Made by a program: the position numbers and the translations under genes. The notes beneath the pieces were generated by a model. It saw nothing but the letters and a program-made list of their open reading frames with translations, was not told the DNA's origin and made no database searches. From the NCBI GenBank assembly GCA_965200965.1, contig OZ241744.1, forward strand, positions 3,008,001 to 3,072,000: a stretch of 64,000 nucleotides of DNA, read 5' to 3'. Below are positions 17,023 to 26,705 of the stretch, one piece after another. Each line of letters opens with the position of its first letter. Within the stretch, counting starts at the first letter, position 1. This DNA comes from an uncultured Candidatus Binatia bacterium. Its GTDB lineage: Bacteria; Desulfobacterota; Binatia; Bin18.

Positions 17023-18549
17023 TCAGGGGACCCAGTTCGGCTGGCCGGACAGGGCAATATCAAAGACCGGCACGCCGAGCAGATACAACAGAACGGGCAG
17101 GATCAGGACACCGAGCAGGTTCAGCCCCAGGCCGGCCCAGAACATCTGCGGCAGGCTGATCCGCCGGCTGGCGAACACAATCGCGTTGGGCGCGGTGGCG
17201 GTCGGCAGCATAAAGGCAAACGAGGCCGCAAAGGTGGCCGGGATCATGAGCAGCAGCGGATCAATGCTCATGCCGGTCGCGGTGGCGGCCAGGATGGGCA
17301 TCATCAGGGTGGTGGTGGCCGTATTGCTGGTCACCTCGGTCAGGCTGACCAGCAGGGCGCATACCGCAAAAATCGCGCCGAAGGGCGGCAGGTCTTGCAG
17401 AAAGCCGAGCTGGTGGCCGACCCACTCGGCCAGACCCGAGGCACCGACCCCCCGGGCCAGGGCCAGGCTGCCGCCGAGCAGGACCAGAATCCCCCACGGC
17501 ATACGCTCAAACACGCTCCGGTCAAGCAGGCAGCGGCCGTCCCCCCGTCCGGTCGGAATCACAAACAGCAGGGTGGCCATGAGCATCGCCACCGTGGAAT
17601 CCTTGATATTGGCCGGGACCGGAAACAGGTGGACCCAGCCGGGGACCGTCACGGGGCCGAGCGGCAGGTCTTCACGCAACATCCACAGCAGCGCGGTGAG
17701 GGAAAACAGGAGCAGGACCCGCCGTTCGGGCCGGCTCATCGGGCCGAGGGCCTGCACCTGTTCGGCCAGAAAGCCGCGGTCGGCCTGCCAGCCGCTCGTC
17801 GGCACCCGGAACACGATATAGACCAGATAGAACCAGACGCACACCAGCATAACCGCCGCGGTCGGCAGCCCGAACAGCATCCAGTACACAAAGCTGATGC
17901 TGGGTGCGGCTGGAAACAGGTTCTCAAAAGCGCCCAGAAACACCGCGTTGGGCGGTGTGCCGACCGGGGTGCTGACGCCGCCGATTGAGGCGCTGTAGGC
18001 CAGGCCAAGGATCAGCGCGGTGGCAAACCCGCGGCTCGTATCATAGCCCTGGGCGTCGGCATGGCTGAGAATGGCCAGAGCGATCGGCAGCATGACTACG
18101 GTTGAGGCGGTGTTCGACATCCACATTGACAGCAGAGCCGCGGTGCCGAAGAAGCCCAGGATAAGCAGGCGTGGCGAGCCGCCAATGCGCGACACAATCC
18201 ACAGCGCGATCCGCCGGTGCAGTCCCCACTGCTCGGTCGCCAGGGCCAGAAAAAACGCGCCAAAAAAGAGAAACACAATCTGGCCGGCATAGGCGCTCGA
18301 CACCTCACCGGCCGGCAGAATATCGAGCACCGGAAACAGAAACAGGGGCGCAAAGGCGGTGACGGTCAGGTCTACCGCTTCGCTGATCCACCACACCGCC
18401 ATCAGCCCGGCAACAGCCGCGGTTCGCCACGCGGCCAGGCTCATCCCCTCGGGCGGCGGCAGCAGCAGCAGCACAACACACAGCCCCACCCCGCCCAGCA
18501 GGCCGAGCCGGCGGCGTGTCGGGGTGGAAGATGCGGCGTCCGTCGTCAT
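17023..18549 (-). CDS. SLC13/DASS family sodium:dicarboxylate/sulfate symporter
   Basis: 508 aa; two SNT motifs 'SMWMSNTAST' and 'TEVTSNTATT', 'GTPPN', 'ATAPNAIVF'. Confidence 0.92.
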   Translation of the reverse strand: MTTDAASSTPTRRRLGLLGGVGLCVVLLLLPPPEGMSLAAWRTAAVAGLMAVWWISEAVDLTVTAFAPLFLFPVLDILPAGEVSSAYAGQIVFLFFGAFFLALATEQWGLHRRIALWIVSRIGGSPRLLILGFFGTAALLSMWMSNTASTVVMLPIALAILSHADAQGYDTSRGFATALILGLAYSASIGGVSTPVGTPPNAVFLGAFENLFPAAPSISFVYWMLFGLPTAAVMLVCVWFYLVYIVFRVPTSGWQADRGFLAEQVQALGPMSRPERRVLLLFSLTALLWMLREDLPLGPVTVPGWVHLFPVPANIKDSTVAMLMATLLFVIPTGRGDGRCLLDRSVFERMPWGILVLLGGSLALARGVGASGLAEWVGHQLGFLQDLPPFGAIFAVCALLVSLTEVTSNTATTTLMMPILAATATGMSIDPLLLMIPATFAASFAFMLPTATAPNAIVFASRRISLPQMFWAGLGLNLLGVLILPVLLYLLGVPVFDIALSGQPNWVP

Positions 18550-18666
18550 CCCAGCCTCGTGTTCTGCATGGTGGGCGGGAGTCTAGCAGCCCGGTCCCGG
18601 CTTGAAAAAGGGGGGACGCCGGCAAGAATACACGCTATGCTGTACAGCAGAGAGGAGGAGCCTACG

Positions 18667-19551
18667 ATGAAATATGGCTTACATCTGGCTGGCGGGGCGT
18701 CGGTGTGTGACCGGGCAGGGCTGCGTGAGGTAGCGATTGCGGCCGAGGAGGAGGGCTACGATTGCATTCTGATCGGCGATCATATCGTGCTGCCCAAAAC
18801 CATCACCACCCCCTGGCCGTATGAGGAGTATAACGACGGCAAGCCCAACTACGACATCTATACCCAGATGGAGTGGCTTGACCCGTTTGATACAGTCGCC
18901 TTTATGGCCGGCGTGACCGAAAAAGTCCGGCTGGGCCTCGGCGTGCTGATCGTCCCCTACCGGCATCCGTTTGACGTGGCCCGACGGGTGGCGACTCTGG
19001 ATGTCCTGAGCGGCGGGCGTTTTGTGCTCGGCACCGGGGTGGGCTGGCTGGCCGAGGAGTTCAAACTGCTGGGCGTGCCGTTTGAGCGGCGGGGAAGACG
19101 GACGCGCGAATATATTGAGGTGATGAAGGCGCTGTGGACCGAAGACAAGCCGCGCTTCTCGGGCGAGTTTGTTCAGTTGAACGAGGATGTCAATGTGCTG
19201 CCGCGTCCCGTGCAGAAGCCCCATCCCCCGATCTGGGTCGGTGGAGAGTCGGTGTACGCCCTGAAACGGGTGGTCGCGTTTGGTGACGGCTGGCATATTG
19301 CACTGCTGACATTTGAGCAGATTGCCAGCATGCTTGAGCAGCTCAAACGCTTGGCCGAGAAAGCCGGCCGGGACTACGCTGACCTGGAACTGACCGCCAT
19401 GAGCGACCCGACCCGCATGACCCAAGACACGGTGCAGCGTTACCGTGACTTGGGCGTGCAGACCTTGTTCACCCTGCCGCTCAGCCGGGACCCCGACGGC
19501 ATTCTGCGTGAGGTCCGGGAGTTTGCCAAACGGGTGCAGGACGCCGGCTGA
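18667..19551 (+). CDS. LLM class (putatively F420-dependent) oxidoreductase
   Basis: ATG 18667 after GAGGAGGAG; 'GDHIVLP', 'ATLDVLSGGRFVLGTGVGWLAEEF', 'PPIWVGG'. Confidence 0.9.
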   Translation: MKYGLHLAGGASVCDRAGLREVAIAAEEEGYDCILIGDHIVLPKTITTPWPYEEYNDGKPNYDIYTQMEWLDPFDTVAFMAGVTEKVRLGLGVLIVPYRHPFDVARRVATLDVLSGGRFVLGTGVGWLAEEFKLLGVPFERRGRRTREYIEVMKALWTEDKPRFSGEFVQLNEDVNVLPRPVQKPHPPIWVGGESVYALKRVVAFGDGWHIALLTFEQIASMLEQLKRLAEKAGRDYADLELTAMSDPTRMTQDTVQRYRDLGVQTLFTLPLSRDPDGILREVREFAKRVQDAG

Positions 19552-19566
19552 TGCGTCGGGCCGGCT

Positions 19567-20448
19567 CTACAGGCTTGCCGAGGGGACGACGAGCTTCTCG
19601 GCCAGCTTTTCAATCTCGCCCCGGATCTTGCCCGGATCATCGACAAAGCCGCCGACAATCACCTGATCGACGCCAAGGTCACGGTACCGCTTGATCTGAT
19701 CCATCTCCACCGGCGAGCCAAGGCCCGGAGAGACCGCAAAGTTCAGTTTGTCTGGGTTACGGCCGGCCGCGGTGGCGTATTCTTTCATACGCGCGATCTT
19801 TTCCTGGGCGTCCTCAGCCGTCACATTCACCCCGAACCAGCCGTCGCCGACCTCACCGACCCGCTTGAGGGCCGGCGTGCTCTCCCCGCCAAAAATAATC
19901 GGCGGATAGGGTTTCTGGACCGGTTTGGGCAGCATGACCGCCTTGGGAAAGCTGCAGAACTCCCCGCTGAACTCCGGCTCGTCCTCGGTCCACAGCAGCT
20001 TCATGGCCTGGAGGTACTCGCGGGTCCGCTGGGCGCGGCGCGGCCACGGTACCCCCACCGCGGCAAACTCCTCGGCCAGCCAGCCAACGCCAACGCCAAA
20101 ATCAAACCGCCCGCCCGAGAGCTTGTCGAGGCTGGCGACTTCCTTGGCCGTGACCACCGGATTACGCTCCGGTACCAGACAGATTCCGGTCCCCAGGCGG
20201 ATGTTTTTGGTCGTGGCCGCGGCAAACGTCAGGGTCGTAAACGGGTCCAGAATATCGACCTGGGTTGACATGGGGAGCCGCCCATCCTGGGAGTACGGAT
20301 ATTTGGAGGCGTACTGGTTGATCAAGACCACATGCTCGGGTGCCCACAAGGAATGAAAGCCGGCCTGGTCAGCCGTCTGAGCGGTGAGCGTGATATGCTC
20401 AGGCTCAGCCCCGATGCCAATGCCAACTGCGAAATAGCCAATCTTCAT
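19567..20448 (-). CDS. LLM class (putatively F420-dependent) oxidoreductase
   Basis: 'WAPEHVVL', 'ASLDKLSGGRFDFGVGVGWLAEEF', 'PKPVQKPYPPIIFGG'. Confidence 0.9.
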   Translation of the reverse strand: MKIGYFAVGIGIGAEPEHITLTAQTADQAGFHSLWAPEHVVLINQYASKYPYSQDGRLPMSTQVDILDPFTTLTFAAATTKNIRLGTGICLVPERNPVVTAKEVASLDKLSGGRFDFGVGVGWLAEEFAAVGVPWPRRAQRTREYLQAMKLLWTEDEPEFSGEFCSFPKAVMLPKPVQKPYPPIIFGGESTPALKRVGEVGDGWFGVNVTAEDAQEKIARMKEYATAAGRNPDKLNFAVSPGLGSPVEMDQIKRYRDLGVDQVIVGGFVDDPGKIRGEIEKLAEKLVVPSASL

Positions 20449-20487
20449 CGCTGTCTCCTTTCTCTACATTCTCATCTGTACGCATTC

Positions 20488-20877
20488 TCAAGGCTTGGCG
20501 CGTGCCTCACGCCCCTTGTCTGGGGTCGGGTCTGTGACCAGCCCGTAAATCTGGCGGCCCTCATGGTCCTCCGGCAGATGCTCGGTAATCGGCAGACCTT
20601 CGGGGCTCACAAACAGCAGACAGTGACAATACTTCCACTGTTTCATCTCGTCGCAGGCGCATACCCATTCACGGCTGCGCTCGACCTCGGCTTTTTTATC
20701 CGGGTAGAAATTGCACGGGCACAGCGGCCGGCCCACCTGGTCGATATTGCTGGCCAGCCCCAGAATGACCGACTCGGTGACTTCCGTATCCGGGTGGGCA
20801 GATGTGCCTGTTTTGTGGAGATATTTTTCAACATAGACCCGCATCCGTTTGACGCTTTTTTCCGACGGCTGTTCCAT
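20488..20877 (-). CDS. Ferredoxin:thioredoxin reductase catalytic (beta) subunit family
   Basis: CPC...CAC...CHC cysteine triads ('LCPCNFY', 'WVCACDEM', 'YCHCLLF'); ATG 20877 preferred. Confidence 0.85.
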   Translation of the reverse strand: MEQPSEKSVKRMRVYVEKYLHKTGTSAHPDTEVTESVILGLASNIDQVGRPLCPCNFYPDKKAEVERSREWVCACDEMKQWKYCHCLLFVSPEGLPITEHLPEDHEGRQIYGLVTDPTPDKGREARAKP

Positions 20878-21009
20878 CCCGGCACTCCCTTTCATAGGTT
20901 GGCTGCACAGTCCAGTATTATCCGCCTGCGGCAAAAGATAAAGGGCTTGAGAGATGTCGGCCTCACGCGCCAAGAACGGGAGCAGTTGAGGCCCCACCCC
21001 GAACGGCGC

Positions 21010-21285
21010 TTAGTCCTCATACACGGTTCTTCCATTTCTCCGAGCCCAATCCACAGAGAATCCAAGGTGAGAGATTGCGTTCTTGCTCCTGTCCAGTTGA
21101 CGCTCCGTTTCGGCCACCACAATCTCTGGCTCAAGTTCATAAATGACCTTACATTTCGTCTGATTGGACGCGTACATTTCCTTGACCAGCCCAGGCTGGA
21201 GTAAATTGCTCATACCGATTGACCGAGCCAATTCGGCCGCCTTCAGGACGAATTTGATGATTCTACGATACACGTCTCGGGCCAT
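21010..21285 (-). CDS. Short hypothetical protein downstream of the MTase; possible truncated restriction endonuclease
   Basis: 91 aa, starts 1 nt after the MTase stop; no clear PD-(D/E)xK motif seen. Confidence 0.45.
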   Translation of the reverse strand: MARDVYRRIIKFVLKAAELARSIGMSNLLQPGLVKEMYASNQTKCKVIYELEPEIVVAETERQLDRSKNAISHLGFSVDWARRNGRTVYED

Positions 21286-21286
21286 A

Positions 21287-22081
21287 TCAGAATAGCCTCT
21301 CCGCCAGTTCGCGCTCTACATTCGCCAGCCTGGCGTTTGCTGCCTCAACACGATCTCCGTCTTTCTCTATCCCGATGAAATGCCGGCCAAGCCTGCGACA
21401 CACAACCGGACACGTCCCAACGCCGGCAAACGGATCGAGAACAATATCGTTCTCAACCGAACTGGCTTTCACCAGCCGCTCTATGAGTTTCTCTGGTTTC
21501 TGAATGGTGTTCAGGGCTTCCCTGCTGACCAGTTCCGTGGATTTGTAGGTCAGTTGCTTGATGTCGCCCCAGACATCTCCGGGGTTCTTACCGGCATGGT
21601 TGAACTTTGTCTTGCGGAACTTCCCGTTCGTGACAGACGGAACCCGCTCGCAGCGGAGCCTATGCTCCAACTCGACAAGTTGCGCGACACGGATGGCACC
21701 CAGGTTGAAGGTCTCAGGTTTTTTACCCTTGACGAAGTAGCATATGATATCGTAGTTGTTCGTGTAGTTCGTCCTGCCCTGAGCTAAGCGGCCTGGCTGG
21801 AACCAGACAATCTTGGAACGCAGTTCGAGAAATGGTCGATAGTCGATAAAGTCGATACAATCCGGTTTTCCGAACAGATAGAGAGCGCCTCCCGCTTTCA
21901 GCTTGGCAGCGAAGAGACGGATCAGCTCCAGGTTGAACTCCTGAATGTTACGGATTCTGTCCCATCTGTTCGTGGTGACCCCGTAGGGACCGTCGCAAAT
22001 GACGAGGTCGATAGACTCGTCGTTGACGCGCGGAAGCATCTCAAAGGTATCCGCGTGGTAGATGTTATCAACGGCAAGCAT
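21287..22081 (-). CDS. Site-specific DNA methyltransferase (N6A/N4C, beta class)
   Basis: Motif IV variant 'ICDGPYG' precedes 'QKPEKLIERLVKASS...VLDPFAGVGT' motif I; ATG 22081 preferred. Confidence 0.9.
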   Translation of the reverse strand: MLAVDNIYHADTFEMLPRVNDESIDLVICDGPYGVTTNRWDRIRNIQEFNLELIRLFAAKLKAGGALYLFGKPDCIDFIDYRPFLELRSKIVWFQPGRLAQGRTNYTNNYDIICYFVKGKKPETFNLGAIRVAQLVELEHRLRCERVPSVTNGKFRKTKFNHAGKNPGDVWGDIKQLTYKSTELVSREALNTIQKPEKLIERLVKASSVENDIVLDPFAGVGTCPVVCRRLGRHFIGIEKDGDRVEAANARLANVERELAERLF

Positions 22082-22389
22082 CTCTTTTGCGTCTTGGTAA
22101 TGTGGCGCAATTTGGGCCAGCTCTGGCACCGTTTTTGTGATTCTCACAGGCCGCACCCTAGCACACCGCCCCGGCCTCTGCCAGCCGTGGCCAATCATGG
22201 GCCGATACATGCGTTCACAGTGTTCATGCGGGGAGGGCAAGGCGGAGGAGCCGGCGGACGATTAGGCAAATCCGACGAAAAGGGATATATGAAAACCACG
22301 GCCGCCCAAAGGCCGGTCCACGACAGAAACCGCCGTGTTGACGGGCGGGGCAGATACGCCTGCGGAGATATCATTGAGGAGGCACAGCC

Positions 22390-23442
22390 ATGCTGGAGGG
22401 CCTGCACATACGGAATTACCGCGTCTTCAACGACCTCACAGTTGACCATTTGAGGCGCATCAACCTTATTGCTGGCAAGAACAATGCCGGCAAGACAAGC
22501 CTGCTGGAGGCGATTTTTCTGCTGTCCGGGGCGGGGAATCCGCAAGTGGTGCCGACCATCATGAATTACCGCGGGATCGAGTCGGTGACTGGACCTCCGC
22601 AAACAGTAGGGGAAATCTTCTGGAAGCCGCTCTTCTCTGCGCTGGATATGAACAGGACCGTCGAAATCACCGGGCAGCATACATCCGCCGGTCCGCTGAC
22701 TCTGACAATCGTGTTGGATAAGCCCCACACCAGCGAACTGCCCCTTAATGCTCCCGTTGAGACGCACCTGGAAAACCTTTCCGGCGCATCCCAACTCACG
22801 CTTTCGTTCAGCAGCCACTCAACGGGAGAAGTCAAGGGTCACATGCGCGTGACCGGACAAGCGGTTCAGCTTGAGCCGCCTAATGTGGAATTGCCGTTTC
22901 CCGGAAGGTTTCTTATGTCTCGTGGGGGAAATCTCACAGCAGATGCCGGACTGCTGGGAAGGCTGAGACAACAGAAACAGGGCGAGCTCGTCCTGGAAGC
23001 ACTCCAAATCATTGAACCGAGACTGCAAAGCGTTGAGGACAATTCCGCCAGTGGCGCGCCCCTGATCTGGGGCGATATCGGCTTAGCCGAACTGATACCG
23101 CTGACGGTCATGGGCGAGGGCATGACCCGCATCGCCCGGCTGATCCTCGCCATAGCCTCCACGCCGGGCGGTGTTGTTCTGGTGGATGAGATCGAAAACG
23201 GCCTGCATCACTCTGTGCTGCCCAAGGTCTGGAAAGTCGTTGATACCGCGGCCAAGCGGTTCAACACCCAGATATTTGCGGCCACACACAGCTTTGAGTG
23301 CGCGGAGGCAGCGCATGAAGCCCTCTGCGCGGACGACTTTCGCCTGCACCGGCTTGAAGTCAGTGGCGCGGAGAACCGCTGCGTCACCTATGAGCCGGAG
23401 GAAATTGAGGTCGCGTTTCGACAGAATTTGGAGATCCGCTGA
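22390..23442 (+). CDS. AAA_15/AAA_21-type ATPase (OLD/AbiEii-like)
   Basis: 'IRNYRVF', Walker A 'GKNNAGKTS', 'GEGM', Walker B 'LVDEIENGLH', 'ATHS'. Confidence 0.9.
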   Translation: MLEGLHIRNYRVFNDLTVDHLRRINLIAGKNNAGKTSLLEAIFLLSGAGNPQVVPTIMNYRGIESVTGPPQTVGEIFWKPLFSALDMNRTVEITGQHTSAGPLTLTIVLDKPHTSELPLNAPVETHLENLSGASQLTLSFSSHSTGEVKGHMRVTGQAVQLEPPNVELPFPGRFLMSRGGNLTADAGLLGRLRQQKQGELVLEALQIIEPRLQSVEDNSASGAPLIWGDIGLAELIPLTVMGEGMTRIARLILAIASTPGGVVLVDEIENGLHHSVLPKVWKVVDTAAKRFNTQIFAATHSFECAEAAHEALCADDFRLHRLEVSGAENRCVTYEPEEIEVAFRQNLEIR

Positions 23443-23444
23443 AT

Positions 23445-24061
23445 ATGGCGCAACCAACAGAAATCAAATCCAGCTGCTTGTTGAGGGCAACGACCAGCGC
23501 AACTTTTTTGAGGCGTTCATTGACCATCTCTCGCTTACAGATGTTCAGGTTCAGAACTTTGGAGGCGTTGACGACCTGCGATCCTTCCTGTCAATACTTG
23601 TGAAAAGGCAAGGATTTCGTGACACTGTGCAGAGTGTCGGCATCGTCCGGGACGCGGAAACCTCCGCTCAGGCCGCGTTCCAAAGCGCTCAGTCTTCGTT
23701 GAGGAAGGCCGGGCTGGTCGTACCGAACCGGCCCGAAGAACGCGCCGGCAGCAGCCCGGCAGTGGCGGTGCTGATACTGCCCGACGGGAACCAGCCGGGG
23801 ATGCTCGAAACCTTGCTCTGCCAGAGCTTTGCGGGCGACCCGGAGGAAGCCTGCATTGATGACTTTTTCCGGTGCGTTGAGGCTTTGTCAGGCGTGTCTA
23901 TCCAACGCCCAGACAAGGCGCGTGCGCGAGCCTACTTGGCGACAAAGCCCGATCCGCACCTTTCCGTAGGCGTGGCGGCGAGGCGGAGCTACTGGAATCT
24001 CAACCATCCCGTTTTTGAGCGGATTCAGCAATTCCTCAGCCGGCTGTCGGCTTACGTCTGA
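23445..24061 (+). pseudogene. DUF3226 (TOPRIM-like) partner protein, apparently frameshifted near the 5' end
   Basis: ATG 23445 gives MAQPTEIKS but 'QLLVEGNDQ...GIVRDAE...GMLETLL...KARARAYLA' lies in another frame; the shift falls at 'gaaatcaaatccag'. Confidence 0.7.
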
Positions 24062-24080
24062 CGGCTAAGCCGACCTACGA
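24045..24080 (-). repeat. GTAG-type REP-like palindrome, copy 1
   Basis: TGTCGGCTTACGTCTGACGGCTAAGCCGACCTACGA: 9-bp stem GTCGGCTTA/TAAGCCGAC, with GTAG abutting the stem on the minus strand. Confidence 0.8.
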
Positions 24081-24098
24081 CTGAACCCGGAGCAGGAT

Positions 24099-26678
24099 AT
24101 GGCGAGAGCAAGGAAGAAGGCCGCCAAGAACATTGAGGTCTACACCCACCCCGGCAAGGAGCGGGTGAACAACCCGCCGGTCGGCCTTGTGACGCCCGAC
24201 ACCGACAAGGACGCCGGCCGGCAGACCTACGCCTACGACCCGCATCTTGACCCGCAGTTGCAGTGGGCCGGCAAGGCCGAGCATACCGCATTTGTGGTAC
24301 CGACCGTCTCTCTGCATGTCCATGAGCGGATTGACCCCCAGGCCATCATTGAGGCCGTGCGCCGGCAGGGCGGCGGCGCGGACGACCCGCAGATGTCGAT
24401 GTTCTCCAGTCAGGAGGAGAACCCGCCCATCCGCAAAGCCATTGAGTTCTACCAGCACAAACATAAGTGGACCAACCGGCTGGTTGCCGGCGACAGCCTG
24501 CTGGTGATGAACAGCCTGCTGCAAAAAGAGCGCCTCGCCGGCCAAGTCCAGATGGTCTACTTGGACCCGCCCTACGGCATCCGCTACGGCTCGAACTTCC
24601 AGCCCTTCATCAACAAGCGCGATGTCAAAGACGGCAAAGACGAAGACCTGACCCAGGAGCCGGAGACCATCCGCGCCTTCCGCGACACCTGGGAACTGGG
24701 CATTCACTCCTACTTGGCCTACCTGCGCGACCGCCTGCTGCTGGCCCGCGAGCTGCTGACCGAGAGCGGCAGCTGCTTCGTGCAGATCAGCGATGAGAAT
24801 GTCCACTTGGTTCGCAATATGATGGATGAAATATTCGGCGTGACGAACTTCATGTCCCTGATCTCATTCAGAACAAAAATTCCGCTCAACGCTGCCCATC
24901 TTCCAAACATAGCCGATTACCTGATCTGGTACGCGAAGGACAAAACACGGGTCAAGTTCCATCGACTGTTTGGACCTCGGAACTATGGCGAGGACACGAT
25001 GTTTTCGTCTGCTCTCCTTCCTGACGGTAGCGTAGTCAAAGCTGGCGCGGTTCCCGGTGAACACAGGGGAGCGGCGCGTTACTTTAGTCTGATTGATTTG
25101 ATGGCGACCGGGTACACCGAATCCTGTCATTTTGAATTTGAGTTGGAGGGCCGACGCGCCTATCCCAATCCGACGACAAGTTGGAAAACCACGCCTGAAG
25201 GAATGGAAAAGCTCCTCATGGCTGAGCGCGTCCGTTGGCAAAGGACTGTTCCACGATATGTTTTTTATGCGGACGATTATCCGGTTATGGAGATGACCAA
25301 CCAGTGGACGGATACACAGGGGGCCAGCGGGAAAGCCTATGCAGTGCAAACGGCAGTCAAGGTTATCGAACGCTGCCTGCTGATGACCACCGACCCCGGA
25401 GACCTGGTCTTTGACCCGACCTGTGGAAGCGGCACGACCGCCTTTGTGGCCGAGCAGTGGGGCCGACGTTGGATCAGCTGCGACACCTCGCGCGTTGCCG
25501 TCACCCTGGCCCGGCAACGCCTGATGACCGCCAGCTTTGACTATTTTGAGCTCGCCCGCCCGGACGAAGGCGTGGGCGGCGGGTTTCGGTATAAGACCGT
25601 GCCGCATATCACCCTCGGCTCTATCGCCAATAACCCTGATATCACAGCAGGCATGACGCGCGACGCGATTGACGCCGCCATTGCCCGCCATGCACCACCA
25701 CAGGAAACGCTCTACGACCAGCCGTTCCGCAACACCAGAAAAGCCCGCGTCACCGGCCCGTTCACCGTTGAGGCGGTACCCGCGCCGGTTGTCAAAACGG
25801 TGGACGAACTGCTCGAGGGGGAGGACACGCCACGCGAGGCCGACAACTCGGTGGCCCGCTCTGGCGAGACGCTGCGTCAGGACGAGTGGCGGGACGAACT
25901 GCTGAAAACCGGCATTCGCGGCAAAGCCGGCCAGCGCATGGCCTTTGTCCGGCTCGAACCCCTGCCGGCGACACGTTGGCTGCACGCCGAGGGCGAAACC
26001 CGGCCCGAGGCCGCAGGGGCGGAGCGCAGCAGCGGTCGTGTGGTGGTGTCCTTCGGCCCGGACCATGCGCCCCTGGAGCAACGCCAAGTTGAACACGCCT
26101 GGGAGGAGGCCCGCAGCCTGCGCCCCAAACCGATGTTGCTGGTCTTTGCCGCGTTTCAGTTTGACCCCGAGGCGGCCAAGGATATTGACGAACTCAAACC
26201 TGAGCTGACCGGGATGCAGTTTCTCAAGGTCCAGATGAACGCCGACCTGCTGACCGATGACCTCAAGAAAAAGCGGGCCAGCAATGAGAGCTTCTGGCTC
26301 ATCGGCCAGCCGGATGTGGAGCTTGAGTAGGATGGGTCGGGTGCATATCGCGTCTCGGTGCTCGGCTTTGACTACTACAACACCAAGACCGGCGGGGTAG
26401 AGTCTGGCGGGGCGGACAAGATCGCCATGTGGCTGCTTGACCCCGATTATGACGGGCGCAGCCTCTTCCCTCGCCAGGTGTTTTTCCCCTGGGCCGACGG
26501 CCGCGACGGCTGGGCACGGCTGGCCCGCAGCCTCAAAGCCGAGATTGACCCCGAGCGGATTGAAGCCTACCGGGGCACGGTCTCGCTGCCCTTTACGCCG
26601 GGCATCCACCGCCGCATTGCCGTCAAGATCATTGACGACCGGGGGATTGAAAGCCTCAAGGTGGTGGAGATTGCCTAG
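24099..26678 (+). CDS. mod: Type III R-M-like DNA methyltransferase (Mod), interrupted by one in-frame TAG at 26328-26330
   Basis: 'YLDPPYG' and 'FDPTCGSGTT'; the frame continues past TAG (GQPDVELE*DGSGAYRVSVLGFDYY...IAVKIIDDRGIESLKVV) to TAG 26678. Confidence 0.85.
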
Positions 26679-26705
26679 CCGTGGGAGGCAAAAGGAGATT
26701 ATCCA

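Noticed and set aside
18667-20448. Convergent LLM paralogs as an invertible or recombining locus
   Set aside because: Similarity is limited to family motifs; no inverted repeats or recombinase
23171-23444. N-terminal extension of the DUF3226 ORF overlapping the AAA gene by ~270 nt
   Set aside because: The extension looks like off-frame sequence; ATG 23445 plus a frameshift is a simpler explanation
24864-26609. Long antisense ORFs (581 aa here; also 2533..3735, 15080..16423, 28427..29875, 37627..38835, 49405..50625)
   Set aside because: Shadow frames of high-GC genes with strong family motifs on the opposite strand; they contain no recognisable motifs
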